Below, in pieces: positions 37,746 to 46,860 of a stretch of 64,000 bases of DNA. Source of the DNA: an uncultured Candidatus Saccharibacteria bacterium (GTDB taxonomy: Bacteria; Patescibacteriota; Minisyncoccia; Phycocordibacterales; PALSA-1337). Position numbers and translations under genes: made by a program. The stretch is from NCBI GenBank assembly GCA_964358005.1, contig CAYHNH010000002.1, positions 18,596 through 82,595 on the forward strand, written 5' to 3'. Below the pieces are notes generated by a model. The model was not told the DNA's origin. It searched no databases and saw only the letters and a program-made list of their open reading frames with translations. Position 1 is the stretch's first letter, and every line of letters starts with the position of its first letter.

Positions 37746-38018
37746 ATGGCACATCGCAAAGCGGAAGGCACAACAAAAAACGGGCGTGATTCAAACCCGA
37801 AATACCTAGGCGTCAAGATAAACCACGGCCAGGCTGTCGGCGTAGGTCAGATCATCATCCGCCAGCGCGGCACAGACGTACTCCCAGGCAGGAATGTTGG
37901 TACAGGCAAGGACTATACCCTCTTCGCCTTGAAGGACGGCAAGGTCTCTTTTGGTACCAAGCGCAAGACTAGCTACAACAACGACATCGAGCGCAAGAAG
38001 ATAGTGCACGTCGTCTAG
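37746..38018 (+). CDS. rpmA: 50S ribosomal protein L27
   Basis: 90 aa ([24 protein letters not shown]...IIIRQRGT...[15 protein letters not shown]). Confidence 0.9.
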   Translation: MAHRKAEGTTKNGRDSNPKYLGVKINHGQAVGVGQIIIRQRGTDVLPGRNVGTGKDYTLFALKDGKVSFGTKRKTSYNNDIERKKIVHVV

Positions 38019-38035
38019 GTTAACTCCTTTAGGGA

Positions 38036-38156
38036 AGGTCGTGCAATCAGTCGAAACAGACTTTCGGAGGAGATTTCTAGCAGGAAATCTCCGAGAACAG
38101 AACCGACCCTCTGCAGAGGGTCGAGTTCGGGTCTGTTGAGGTTGATTGCACGACCT
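38036..38156. other. nested multi-stem structured element between convergent genes
   Basis: A perfect 13-bp outer stem pairs AGGTCGTGCAATC (38036-48) with GATTGCACGACCT (38144-56). It encloses three hairpins (CGAAA/TTTCG; GGAGATTTC tagcag GAAATCTCC; CGACCCTC tgca GAGGGTCG). Confidence 0.55.
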
Positions 38157-38169
38157 TTCGCATGTATAC

Positions 38170-39663
38170 CTATACGTTTTGGAAAATCGATATGCTGGCA
38201 AAAAAGCAAATTGAGCAAAGGATGAATAAATAAATAACCGATACAAGCAAACCAGCGAAAAATCCACTGAATCTCGACCCCTTAGATCTAAGGTCAGCGA
38301 TTATATAAGCCAAAAGAGCTGAAACAGGGATGACTATCGGGTAAACGAAACGGAAATCTGAACTCGGAAAATAAGGGTAGAGATATCGTCCAACAACAGC
38401 TGACACAATCAAAAGCGCGATCGAGAATAGGGTGAGCACTCGCATAGGCGCATCGGATTGAATCGCAAAAAAATCCCTAGTGAATCCTTTTGCAATAAAC
38501 ATAAGCCCGACCACCATGGCCAACAGCATAAGAATAAGAAGGTAGCTCATCAGAATCGCCTGAAATGCAAACGTATTTCCATCAAAACGATACTCTCCAA
38601 AAAGAGAGCTCTTTAGGAAAACATTCAGGAAGTACTGCCGCCCAGTGGTATCGTGGCTTAGGTCCATGAATGGATACTGAACAAAAGACTGCAGGTCGAA
38701 ACTGATGAAATTTTTGATATCATTTGTCGTAAGTACATCAGTCATTAAAATTGCATTAGGATTCAACTCCGATCTAAAATCAAAAGCCTTGTTCCCATAA
38801 AACTTGCTATGTCTAAGACCTGCAAAACACAATAAGATCAATACCGCTGGCAACATTATCTTGCAGACATCGATCAGTATCTCTTTCTTGCTTTTGGCTA
38901 GGATGAGCTTAAGCAAAATCGCAATAATAATAACAGCGAGCAGCACGAGACCGGTACCCTTGGTAAGCAGAGAAGCGATCAGGAAAATAACTGACAATAG
39001 TAAGCTTTTCCATCGGGCGTCCTTGAACCATTTTGTGATGAAATAAGCTCCGCCAGCTATAAAAAAATATGATAAAGCGTCGTTATTTATTGTAACTGAG
39101 GTGATGATCCCCGCAGGCCAGAAGATGAGCAGCATCGCTGAAAGATTAAAATATATATCGTTTGTTCCCTCTGGGATAAACAAACGCAATAGCTTAATCC
39201 CAAAATATAGGAAACCGACACTAGCGAGAAGCGATAGCAGCTGTAAAATCAACAATCCTTCACCATCATTAGAACAAGAGCTGAAATAACATACAGGGCT
39301 CACACTCATGTAATATAAAGGCGGATGGAAACCTTCCCAGCAATCGTTAGCTGATGGGAGGGAGTGATTGCTTGATATGTAATTGATATTGCAGATATGG
39401 CCTTGCACATCGTGACCGCGTACAAATGGGGGCGTTTCGCTAAGATATGCAATACGCAGAAGCAAGCCCGCGAGAAGAATCAGCGTTACCAGGTAACTGC
39501 CGGCAATAGGTTTCTTCCTAGCTATGTATAGGAGAACAATAGCGCTAGTCAACGCCAGGATTATAGGAATGTATGGTGCTGCTACAAAATTAGCGCTGTG
39601 GAAAGAATTTACTAGGATCATCAGGAAAAGAACTATCAGTCCGATGAAAGCTAGATTTTTCAC
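38170..39663 (-). CDS. GT-C glycosyltransferase, PMT/ArnT-like (family 39/83)
   Basis: 497-aa polytopic membrane protein with a first-loop motif (RGHDVQGH...WEGFHPPLYY) resembling the PMT/ArnT DE-HPPL region. Confidence 0.65.
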   Translation of the reverse strand: MKNLAFIGLIVLFLMILVNSFHSANFVAAPYIPIILALTSAIVLLYIARKKPIAGSYLVTLILLAGLLLRIAYLSETPPFVRGHDVQGHICNINYISSNHSLPSANDCWEGFHPPLYYMSVSPVCYFSSCSNDGEGLLILQLLSLLASVGFLYFGIKLLRLFIPEGTNDIYFNLSAMLLIFWPAGIITSVTINNDALSYFFIAGGAYFITKWFKDARWKSLLLSVIFLIASLLTKGTGLVLLAVIIIAILLKLILAKSKKEILIDVCKIMLPAVLILLCFAGLRHSKFYGNKAFDFRSELNPNAILMTDVLTTNDIKNFISFDLQSFVQYPFMDLSHDTTGRQYFLNVFLKSSLFGEYRFDGNTFAFQAILMSYLLILMLLAMVVGLMFIAKGFTRDFFAIQSDAPMRVLTLFSIALLIVSAVVGRYLYPYFPSSDFRFVYPIVIPVSALLAYIIADLRSKGSRFSGFFAGLLVSVIYLFILCSICFFASISIFQNV

Positions 39664-39728
39664 ATGGATATTTTAACATACTCTATATCCAATTCAGAAA
39701 AAAAAGTGCTAAAGTACAAGCAAAAAAC

Positions 39729-40445
39729 ATGGCAACCCCTATGATGAAAATGTTAAGGATCGCCAGGGCGTCAGGGTCACCTGAATCATATTATAATTCC
39801 ATTGCTGGTTTATATGACCATGGAAAAAAGAAGAACCTCTATTATTTTGATAATCTAGTTAGTCTTTATAGATTTTTTATACCTACTGGAAGGAATATAT
39901 TGGAGATTGGCTGTGGGACTGGCGACCTTATAACTAAGCTCGATGCGCGCGAGGCGCTTGGGATAGATTTGAGCGCTGAAATGATAAAAACTGCGCAAAG
40001 AAAATATCATAACCTCAAAAAAATCAGATTCGAACGCATGGACATAACATCTTCCTCCGAATTATTTCGAACCGAGTACATAATGATAGTCGATGTGCTT
40101 GAACATGTGATCGATGTGCCTAAATTCATCAAGCAGGTTTATATACGCGCCCCAAGAGAAGCAAGGGTGATCATCTCAGTCGCAAATCCGATCTGGGAGC
40201 CATTTTTAATGCTAGCTGAAAAATTACGCATGAAGATCCCCGAAGGACCCCACAAACGCCTTACCATTAAGAAAACCGAGGAAATCTATGGCCAAGCTGG
40301 CTTTCTGATCGAGCAAAAAGGCTATAGACTCCTTGTACCAAAAAGACTTCCATTTTCGGATTGGATAAATGAGCGATTTTATAGGAGCAGACTGATGGGT
40401 CACCTAGGCCTAGTGGTATTCTGGGTTTTAGTGAAGCGAACCTAA
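39729..40445 (+). CDS. class I SAM-dependent methyltransferase
   Basis: Motif I (ILEIGCGTGDL) and post-I acidic residues; 238 aa. Confidence 0.75.
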   Translation: MATPMMKMLRIARASGSPESYYNSIAGLYDHGKKKNLYYFDNLVSLYRFFIPTGRNILEIGCGTGDLITKLDAREALGIDLSAEMIKTAQRKYHNLKKIRFERMDITSSSELFRTEYIMIVDVLEHVIDVPKFIKQVYIRAPREARVIISVANPIWEPFLMLAEKLRMKIPEGPHKRLTIKKTEEIYGQAGFLIEQKGYRLLVPKRLPFSDWINERFYRSRLMGHLGLVVFWVLVKRT

Positions 40446-40457
40446 ATCAACCTTTCC

Positions 40458-40901
40458 TTACGCCACCTCGATGACTAGCTTGAACTTCGCGGACTTACCT
40501 CCGGCTTTGACCTCGATCATGTGTTCGCCGACCTCCTTGATCGGATGTTCTATCTGTATGAATGACGGATCTATCTGAAGTTCTGTCTTCTTTTGCAATT
40601 CCGCGGCTATGGCCTCTCGATGCAATCCGGCAAAGAGATGTCCTTTTTCGTTGGCCTTCCCAGATACATTCAGCGTGAGCCCGTCGAGGTCCTTGATATT
40701 CTTGGCGATCAGGTCTTCGCGGACTGCCCTCTCCTGGTCTATCTTAGCCTTCTGGGCCTTCATTGTATTCATGGCCGATGATGTGGCTGGCATAGCCTCG
40801 CCTCTCGGGATCAGGAGATTCAGGGCGTGGCCGCTCTTCACCTCCTTCACATCGAACTTCTTGCCGAGCTTGGCGACATCTTTCAGTAATATGACTTTCA
40901 T
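40458..40901 (-). CDS. rplI: 50S ribosomal protein L9
   Basis: 147 aa (MKVILLKDVAKLGKKFDVKEVKSGHALNLLIP...). Confidence 0.88.
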   Translation of the reverse strand: MKVILLKDVAKLGKKFDVKEVKSGHALNLLIPRGEAMPATSSAMNTMKAQKAKIDQERAVREDLIAKNIKDLDGLTLNVSGKANEKGHLFAGLHREAIAAELQKKTELQIDPSFIQIEHPIKEVGEHMIEVKAGGKSAKFKLVIEVA

Positions 40902-40919
40902 GGATATGTTTATTATTGG

Positions 40920-42125
40920 CTAATCTTTCAGTATCTCGAGGGCTTTGTCCATCTGCGGGTCTCTGTTCGCCTTGACGTCCTCTTCGGTGAACTCCACCTT
41001 GTGGTCGGGCTCTAGGCCATCATGCGAGAGGTTGTGTCCCTTGGGTGTGAGCCAGTTGGCCACGGTCACTTTGAGCGAGGTGGCTGGGGTTATAGGCACC
41101 AATTCCTGGACAGAGCCCTTGCCGAAGGTCTTCATGCCGACCAGTTTGGCCGTAGTCTGCTCACGGAGCGCTCCAGCCAATATCTCCGCGGCCGAGGCTG
41201 AACCAGCATCCACCAGTATGGCGATCTTTATGTCGCGGCTAAGGCCAACATAGCCCTTGCTGCGGAAGTGGAGCTGCATGCCCGGCTTGCCGAAGTCCTC
41301 CGTCACAATGACGGTGCCGGCTGGCAGGAAGTACGAGGACATGTCCACTGCCGCCTCTAAGTAGCCGCCTGGATTGCCGCGCAGGTCGAGGACCAGCTTG
41401 CGGCTACCCGACAGTACGAAATTACGCAAAGCCTCTCTGAAGAGCTCCGGCGACTGCGCGGTGAAGCTGAATAGCCTGATCACGAATACGCCGCCCGGCT
41501 TCTCGAGAGTGTCGAGAGTCGGGATCTTTATCACGGCGCGAGTTATCGTCCTTTCGACCGGCTTGGTGGAGTCCTTTGGCAGGAATGAGATCTTGACCTT
41601 GGTTCCCGCAGGGCCTCGAATGTAACCGACTGCCCGGTCAGTGCTCATGCCAGCCGTAGATGTGCCGTTTATAGTGAGGATGGCGTCGCCACTCTTCACA
41701 CCTGCGGCCTCAGCCGGACTGCCCTTCAGAGGCGAGACCACAACCAGCTGATTGGCCTTGATGCCTATCTCCATGCCGACTCCGCCAAAATCTCCGGCGA
41801 TGTTCTCGGCAAATATCTTGGACTGGGCCGGCGGGAAAAAGACCGTATATGGATCGTTGTACGAAGAGGCCAGACCCTGGATAGCGCCCCAGACCTTGCT
41901 CTCCGAGTTGGTCGACGAGGCATTCATGGCCTTCTCGTCGAGAACCTGCCAGGCCTTCCAGAAAGGGTTGAATTGGTCGCCTGTGACAAAACTGCCGTTA
42001 GTAGCCTGCGGATTGCCGACATTCCCGGAGGAGACACTGCCGAAATAGAGGCCGATCAGGAAGGCCACGATGACGATCGGTATGCCGATGAGCAGGCCGG
42101 ATAGCCTTTTTTCTGGGTTGTTCAT
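40920..42125 (-). CDS. ctpA: carboxyl-terminal processing protease (S41 family)
   Basis: N-terminal TM helix, a PDZ domain (GVKSGDAILTINGTST), and the S41 catalytic region (LVLDLRGNPGGYL...ILVDAGSASAAEILAGAL). Start at the internal Met. Confidence 0.85.
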   Translation of the reverse strand: MNNPEKRLSGLLIGIPIVIVAFLIGLYFGSVSSGNVGNPQATNGSFVTGDQFNPFWKAWQVLDEKAMNASSTNSESKVWGAIQGLASSYNDPYTVFFPPAQSKIFAENIAGDFGGVGMEIGIKANQLVVVSPLKGSPAEAAGVKSGDAILTINGTSTAGMSTDRAVGYIRGPAGTKVKISFLPKDSTKPVERTITRAVIKIPTLDTLEKPGGVFVIRLFSFTAQSPELFREALRNFVLSGSRKLVLDLRGNPGGYLEAAVDMSSYFLPAGTVIVTEDFGKPGMQLHFRSKGYVGLSRDIKIAILVDAGSASAAEILAGALREQTTAKLVGMKTFGKGSVQELVPITPATSLKVTVANWLTPKGHNLSHDGLEPDHKVEFTEEDVKANRDPQMDKALEILKD

Positions 42126-42140
42126 AAAATTAGTTTCGCA

Positions 42141-42146
42141 TATAAT
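42141..42146 (+). promoter_or_regulatory. TATAAT -10 hexamer 7 nt upstream of the corA-like start (leaderless-type)
   Basis: Sequence is TATAAT cattcac ATG. Confidence 0.4.
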
Positions 42147-42153
42147 CATTCAC

Positions 42154-43077
42154 ATGACAACAACTCATTCAGCCCGCGGCTTAGTTTGGATAGATATGCA
42201 GTCCCCCACCGAGGACGAGGTGAGCGGCCTGATCAAGCGCTACGGCCTCCATCCGCTCGTGGGAGAGGAACTACGTAACTCCCCATCCCTGCCGAAGATA
42301 AGCATACAAAAGGACTACATACTGGTCGTGCTCATGTTGCCGGTGAGGATAAAGAAGAACGGCTCGCACTCCATAGTGAACCGAGAGGTGGACTTCGTCA
42401 TAGGCAAGAACTATCTCATTACCGCCCATCCGGACGGCCTCGAGCAGTTGGAATACTTCGCCCGGATATTCGAGACCAACGCTATACTCAACAAGGATTC
42501 CAAGATAGAGCACACTGGCCACCTATTTTATTACATGGTGAAGAGGCTCTATGCCGGCATGTACGAGGACCTGGAGAATCTCCGGGACACCTTGGCGCAC
42601 GCGGAGGAACAGGTATTCCTGGGCGAGGAGCGCAAGATGGTCCAGGCCCTGTCCAGCATATCGAGAGAGCTCATAGATTTCCGCGAGGCCATCAGGATAC
42701 ACCGCGACATTTGGGAGGAGCTCACGGCTTTTCCTGGCGAAACTCTGCTACCTGAGGACTTCAGGCCATATACCAGGGATATACGCGACGAATTCACCCG
42801 CATCAACGAACTCATACACAATTCCCGCGAGCTGGTCGGCGATCTCCGCGAGACAAATGACTCCCTCCTGAATTCTAAGCAAAATGAGATCATCAAGACC
42901 CTGACTCTCATGGCCTTTATGACCTTCCCACTGTCCCTCATCGCCGCCATCTTCGCCCTACCATCGAAGAATGTGCCCATTATCGGCGGCCAGTATGACT
43001 GGTTCGTCATTATCGGCATTATGGCCGTGGTCGCTGGCATACTGCTCTGGCAATTCAAGAGGAATAAATGGATATAA
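42154..43077 (+). CDS. CorA-like divalent cation transporter (MIT family) with degenerate GMN motif
   Basis: CorA cytoplasmic domain followed by two C-terminal TM helices. The position of the canonical YGMNF is occupied by FALPSKN, on a hand alignment. Confidence 0.65.
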   Translation: MTTTHSARGLVWIDMQSPTEDEVSGLIKRYGLHPLVGEELRNSPSLPKISIQKDYILVVLMLPVRIKKNGSHSIVNREVDFVIGKNYLITAHPDGLEQLEYFARIFETNAILNKDSKIEHTGHLFYYMVKRLYAGMYEDLENLRDTLAHAEEQVFLGEERKMVQALSSISRELIDFREAIRIHRDIWEELTAFPGETLLPEDFRPYTRDIRDEFTRINELIHNSRELVGDLRETNDSLLNSKQNEIIKTLTLMAFMTFPLSLIAAIFALPSKNVPIIGGQYDWFVIIGIMAVVAGILLWQFKRNKWI

Positions 43078-44417
43078 GCCTCTACAATACGCTCTCCAAG
43101 AAGAAAGAGACCGTAAAGCCTCTCAAGGCAGGCGCGATTTCGATGTACAACTGCGGCCCGACCGTCTATGACACTCCTCATATCGGCAATTACCGCACAT
43201 TCACCATGAGCGATATCTTGCGGCGTGTCTTCGAGTACAGCGGGTACAAGGTGACAGAGGTCATGAATGTGACCGATGTGGATGACAAGACCATAAAGAG
43301 GAGCCGCGCCGAGAATGTCTCGCTCGGGGATCTGACCAGAAAATACGAGAAGCTCTTCCTGTATGGTCTGGATTCGCTCAACATCGAGCTCCCCCACCAG
43401 CTCACCAGAGCTACGGAGCATGTCCAGGCTATGATAGACCTAGTTTCTGTCCTGCTCGAAAAGGGCGTCGCCTATAAAGCCGATGATGGCGTATATGTAG
43501 ACATCTCGAAGGTCAAGGGCTATGGCGCACTGGCGCATTTGGATGTAAAAGCGGCTGCGAGATCACGTGTAGCCAAAGACGAATACGACAAGGAGAACGC
43601 CCGCGACTTCGCCGTCTGGAAATTCAGGAGCGCAGATGACGGCGACGTATCATGGCCCGCTCCGTTCGGAGAAGGCCGACCGGGCTGGCACATAGAATGT
43701 TCAGCCATGTCCATGGAAGCTCTCGGACCGACGATAGACGTGCACACTGGGGGCAATGACCTGGTCTTCCCTCATCATACGAATGAGATAGCTCAGTCAG
43801 AGTCCGCTACCGGTAAGCAGTTCGTTCGCTATTGGGTGCATGGCGGCTTCATGAATGTGAGCGACGAGAAGATGGCCAAGTCGAAAGGTAATTTCATCAA
43901 GCTCGATACGCTGGCCGAGGAATCCATCTCGCCCGTAGCCTTTCGTTATTGGCTCATGACCGCGCATTATCGCTCCCCGGTGAATTTTACATTCGACAGC
44001 GTCAAGGCGGCCCAGAATGCGCTCATCAAATTCATGGCGGCTGTTGCTCTATTCCCTGATGGAGGCAACATCAATAAGGATTACCAGGGACGATTCCTGG
44101 CCTTCATAAACGACGATATGGACATGCCGAAGGCCATCGCCCTGTCCTGGGACCTCATCAATGATCCCGCAGTCGCGGCGGCCGACAAGCGCGCCACTTT
44201 GCTGGATTTCGATCGCGTCTTCGGCCTGAAGCTAGCCGAGGCCCCTAGATTCAAGGAGGAGCCCATCCCCACGGAGATACAGGCCCTAGCAGACGCCCGC
44301 GAAGAAGCTCGCAAGACCAAAGACTGGAAGAAGGCCGATGCCCTGCGTTCCGAGATCGAGGCGCGCGGATTTGACGTGGATGATACGCCGGAAGGACCGA
44401 GGATAATGGCCAAATAA
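43068..44417 (+). CDS. cysS: cysteine--tRNA ligase
   Basis: Class I aaRS with the HIGH-type motif (CGPTVYDTPHIGNYRT), zinc-binding residues, and KMSKS (KMAKSKGN). Confidence 0.9.
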   Translation: MDISLYNTLSKKKETVKPLKAGAISMYNCGPTVYDTPHIGNYRTFTMSDILRRVFEYSGYKVTEVMNVTDVDDKTIKRSRAENVSLGDLTRKYEKLFLYGLDSLNIELPHQLTRATEHVQAMIDLVSVLLEKGVAYKADDGVYVDISKVKGYGALAHLDVKAAARSRVAKDEYDKENARDFAVWKFRSADDGDVSWPAPFGEGRPGWHIECSAMSMEALGPTIDVHTGGNDLVFPHHTNEIAQSESATGKQFVRYWVHGGFMNVSDEKMAKSKGNFIKLDTLAEESISPVAFRYWLMTAHYRSPVNFTFDSVKAAQNALIKFMAAVALFPDGGNINKDYQGRFLAFINDDMDMPKAIALSWDLINDPAVAAADKRATLLDFDRVFGLKLAEAPRFKEEPIPTEIQALADAREEARKTKDWKKADALRSEIEARGFDVDDTPEGPRIMAK

Positions 44418-44433
44418 TGGCGCCAGATGCTTC

Positions 44434-44694
44434 CTAGGCAAACTCCGTGCGATCGCGGAAGCGCATGGCGTCCCTGACTTCTGCTTTTACGTCCCCTATC
44501 TCATCAGACATATCCTGCCTACAGGCCTCTACCTTGTCCTCGGCGTCAGCTAGGCGGCTGCACAGCCTGGCCTCCACCATATCTATCCGCTCTTCAAGCC
44601 TTTCGAAGCTCCTGGATATGGATACAGCCACATCATCGCTGTTCTTATACATGAGTTTCTCTAATAATTCGACGTCCTTTTGGTCTAAAGCCAT
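44434..44694 (-). CDS. small coiled-coil protein (paralog of 7293..7574)
   Basis: 86 aa (SISRSFERLEERIDMVEARL...). It shares heptad pattern and sequence blocks with the 7293..7574 gene, and their upstream DNA is also conserved. Confidence 0.55.
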   Translation of the reverse strand: MALDQKDVELLEKLMYKNSDDVAVSISRSFERLEERIDMVEARLCSRLADAEDKVEACRQDMSDEIGDVKAEVRDAMRFRDRTEFA

Positions 44695-44837
44695 ATAATT
44701 GGGCTAATTTGCTTATAATCCTCTGACTGCAGTAACTCTAGCAATCCACAGTTCAAATTTGCTTCAAAAAAAGTTAAAATTATGATGAAGAAGTTCTAAA
44801 AATCTGTCGAAGATTTTATAAACAGCTTGTCCACCTA

Positions 44838-46292
44838 TTGATACATTTCCCGATGGACAGAGATTTTTCTGTTTATGCTAGAATCAAGTCTTCCAATATT
44901 GAAATTTTAATGAGTCCGATATCGCCATACGTCAAATCGAGAGATCTGAAGATACCTCCTCAGAGCCTCGACGCAGAAAAGGCCCTACTGGGGTCACTTC
45001 TTATTAGGGGTGAGACTATGCACGATATTGTCGACTCCGTCTCTGAGCAATCCTTCTATGCGACCCAGCACAAGATGGTCTGGTCTGCCCTTTTCGAACT
45101 TCATAGCAAGGGCACGCCCATAGACATACTATCCATATCAGCCCGTCTGAAGGACAAGGGCGCTCTGGAGCAGGTCGGCGGCATGTCTTACCTCACCGAG
45201 CTCATAAACATGGTGCCCTCCTCGACCAACGCCGGCCACTATGCCGAAATAGTCGAGAAAAAGCACGTCATGCGCGAGCTCCTGCGAGCCGCCGAGAACA
45301 TCACCGGCCTTGGCTATGACGAGGAGGCCGATCTTCACGATCTTCTCGAGAAGGCTGAGAAGGAGCTGTATTCGGTGACGAACAAGACCGGCTCGCACAA
45401 GTTCGTGGAGCTCAAGGATACGTTGACGGAGGCCTGGGACCGCCTCGATCATCTCCATAAGACACGCGATGAGCTGCGCGGCGTCCCCACCGGATTCTCC
45501 GATCTAGACAACAAGCTGGCCGGCTTTCAGAAGTCCGATCTCATCATCTTGGCCGCCAGGCCTTCCATGGGTAAGACTGCCCTGGCTCTCGACATCGCTA
45601 GGAGGGCCGCCATCAACCACAAGGTTCCTGTAGCTATATTTTCCCTAGAAATGAGCTCTCAACAGCTCGTAGATCGCATGCTTTCAGCAGAATCGCAGGT
45701 GGATGCCTGGAAGATACGCACTGGCCACAATCTATCCGTGGAAGGCGATTTTAAGGCCATTGGAGACGCTATAGGCAGGCTTTCCGAGGCTCCGATATTC
45801 ATCGACGACCAGCCCGGCAATAATATCCTCAAGATGCGCGCCGTGGCTCGCCGCCTCAAGAATGAGAAGAAGCTCGGGCTCATCATAGTTGACTATCTCC
45901 AGCTCATGGTCCCGACCCAGCAGGGCCGCTACAACGACAACCTGGTCCAGCAGGTCACGGAGATCTCCCGCTCGCTCAAGAACATGGCTCGAGAATTGGA
46001 GCTGCCTGTTTTGGCGTTGTCACAACTCTCTCGTGCCGTGGAGGCGCGCGGCGGCAAACCTCGACTTTCCGATCTGCGTGATTCAGGCTCTATCGAGCAG
46101 GATGCGGATGTTGTCATGTTCATCCACCGCGAGAATGCCGAGGATGGCGGCGGCCGCAAGCAAGAGGCCGAGATATTGATCGAGAAGCACCGCAATGGTC
46201 CCACCGGCGTTGCCAAGCTCTACTTCGATACCAAGAAGGCCACCTTCTTGCCGATGGACAAGGCTGATTTCGGAGATTTTGATAAGGCTTGA
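44838..46292 (+). CDS. dnaB: replicative DNA helicase DnaB
   Basis: N-terminal domain (PPQSLDAEKALLGSLL), Walker A (ARPSMGKTALAL), and RecA-like C-terminal motifs. The start is ambiguous among 44838, 44853 and 44910. Confidence 0.88.
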   Translation: MIHFPMDRDFSVYARIKSSNIEILMSPISPYVKSRDLKIPPQSLDAEKALLGSLLIRGETMHDIVDSVSEQSFYATQHKMVWSALFELHSKGTPIDILSISARLKDKGALEQVGGMSYLTELINMVPSSTNAGHYAEIVEKKHVMRELLRAAENITGLGYDEEADLHDLLEKAEKELYSVTNKTGSHKFVELKDTLTEAWDRLDHLHKTRDELRGVPTGFSDLDNKLAGFQKSDLIILAARPSMGKTALALDIARRAAINHKVPVAIFSLEMSSQQLVDRMLSAESQVDAWKIRTGHNLSVEGDFKAIGDAIGRLSEAPIFIDDQPGNNILKMRAVARRLKNEKKLGLIIVDYLQLMVPTQQGRYNDNLVQQVTEISRSLKNMARELELPVLALSQLSRAVEARGGKPRLSDLRDSGSIEQDADVVMFIHRENAEDGGGRKQEAEILIEKHRNGPTGVAKLYFDTKKATFLPMDKADFGDFDKA

Positions 46293-46792
46293 GTTCGTTC
46301 TATCTTATTCCTTCTAGAAATGGACAGTGGCGGCTCGCTCATCGAAACCCCAAAAAATCTGAAAGGCATATTTCACGTCGTAAAATATTTTCATCGCCAG
46401 GAAACCCTTGTGGCGCCTACTCAACTAGACAATGCTTTTATGGACTTGTCCGTGATTGCTTTTGGAGTTTGGAATGAGGCCAGGCTTCCTGATGTGATTT
46501 TGTGCCATTTCCATCTCCTCAATCTCCGCCGCCGCCAGTACTATCTCCGGTACAAGGAAAAAATTTATTTACACGAACTGCTAAGCGTGACGGCGTAAAG
46601 GATTTCCCAGTCAATTTTTTGAAAATTTGGCTAAAAACTATAGATGTTTCATGATATCTCATCATGTCCACCACAAAAATACCTAACCACAAAACATCTG
46701 GGCAAACATGTAAATGAAATTTTGCGAGCCGCCGGACAACCTGCCCCCCGCCCGCTCCACAATGACCGGTTTTTTATTTGAATCCATCATCT

Positions 46793-46826
46793 TCACAAAA
46801 AAGCGGCCCGTACTGAAACAGGCCGC
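46793..46826 (-). terminator. rho-independent terminator downstream of the MFS transporter gene
   Basis: On the minus strand, the hairpin GCGGCC...GGCCGC is followed by TTTTTTGT. Confidence 0.45.
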
Positions 46827-46860
46827 CGTGATAAAGAACAATGGACACACAAGCAACAAA

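Noticed and set aside
46320-46598. 92-aa plus-strand ORF in the roughly 570-nt dnaB-MFS spacer; also checked for a tRNA or other ncRNA.
   Set aside because: No T-arm (GGTTCGANTCC-like) or anticodon-arm pattern is present. The ORF has no supporting signals and no recognisable domain. The region stays unassigned.
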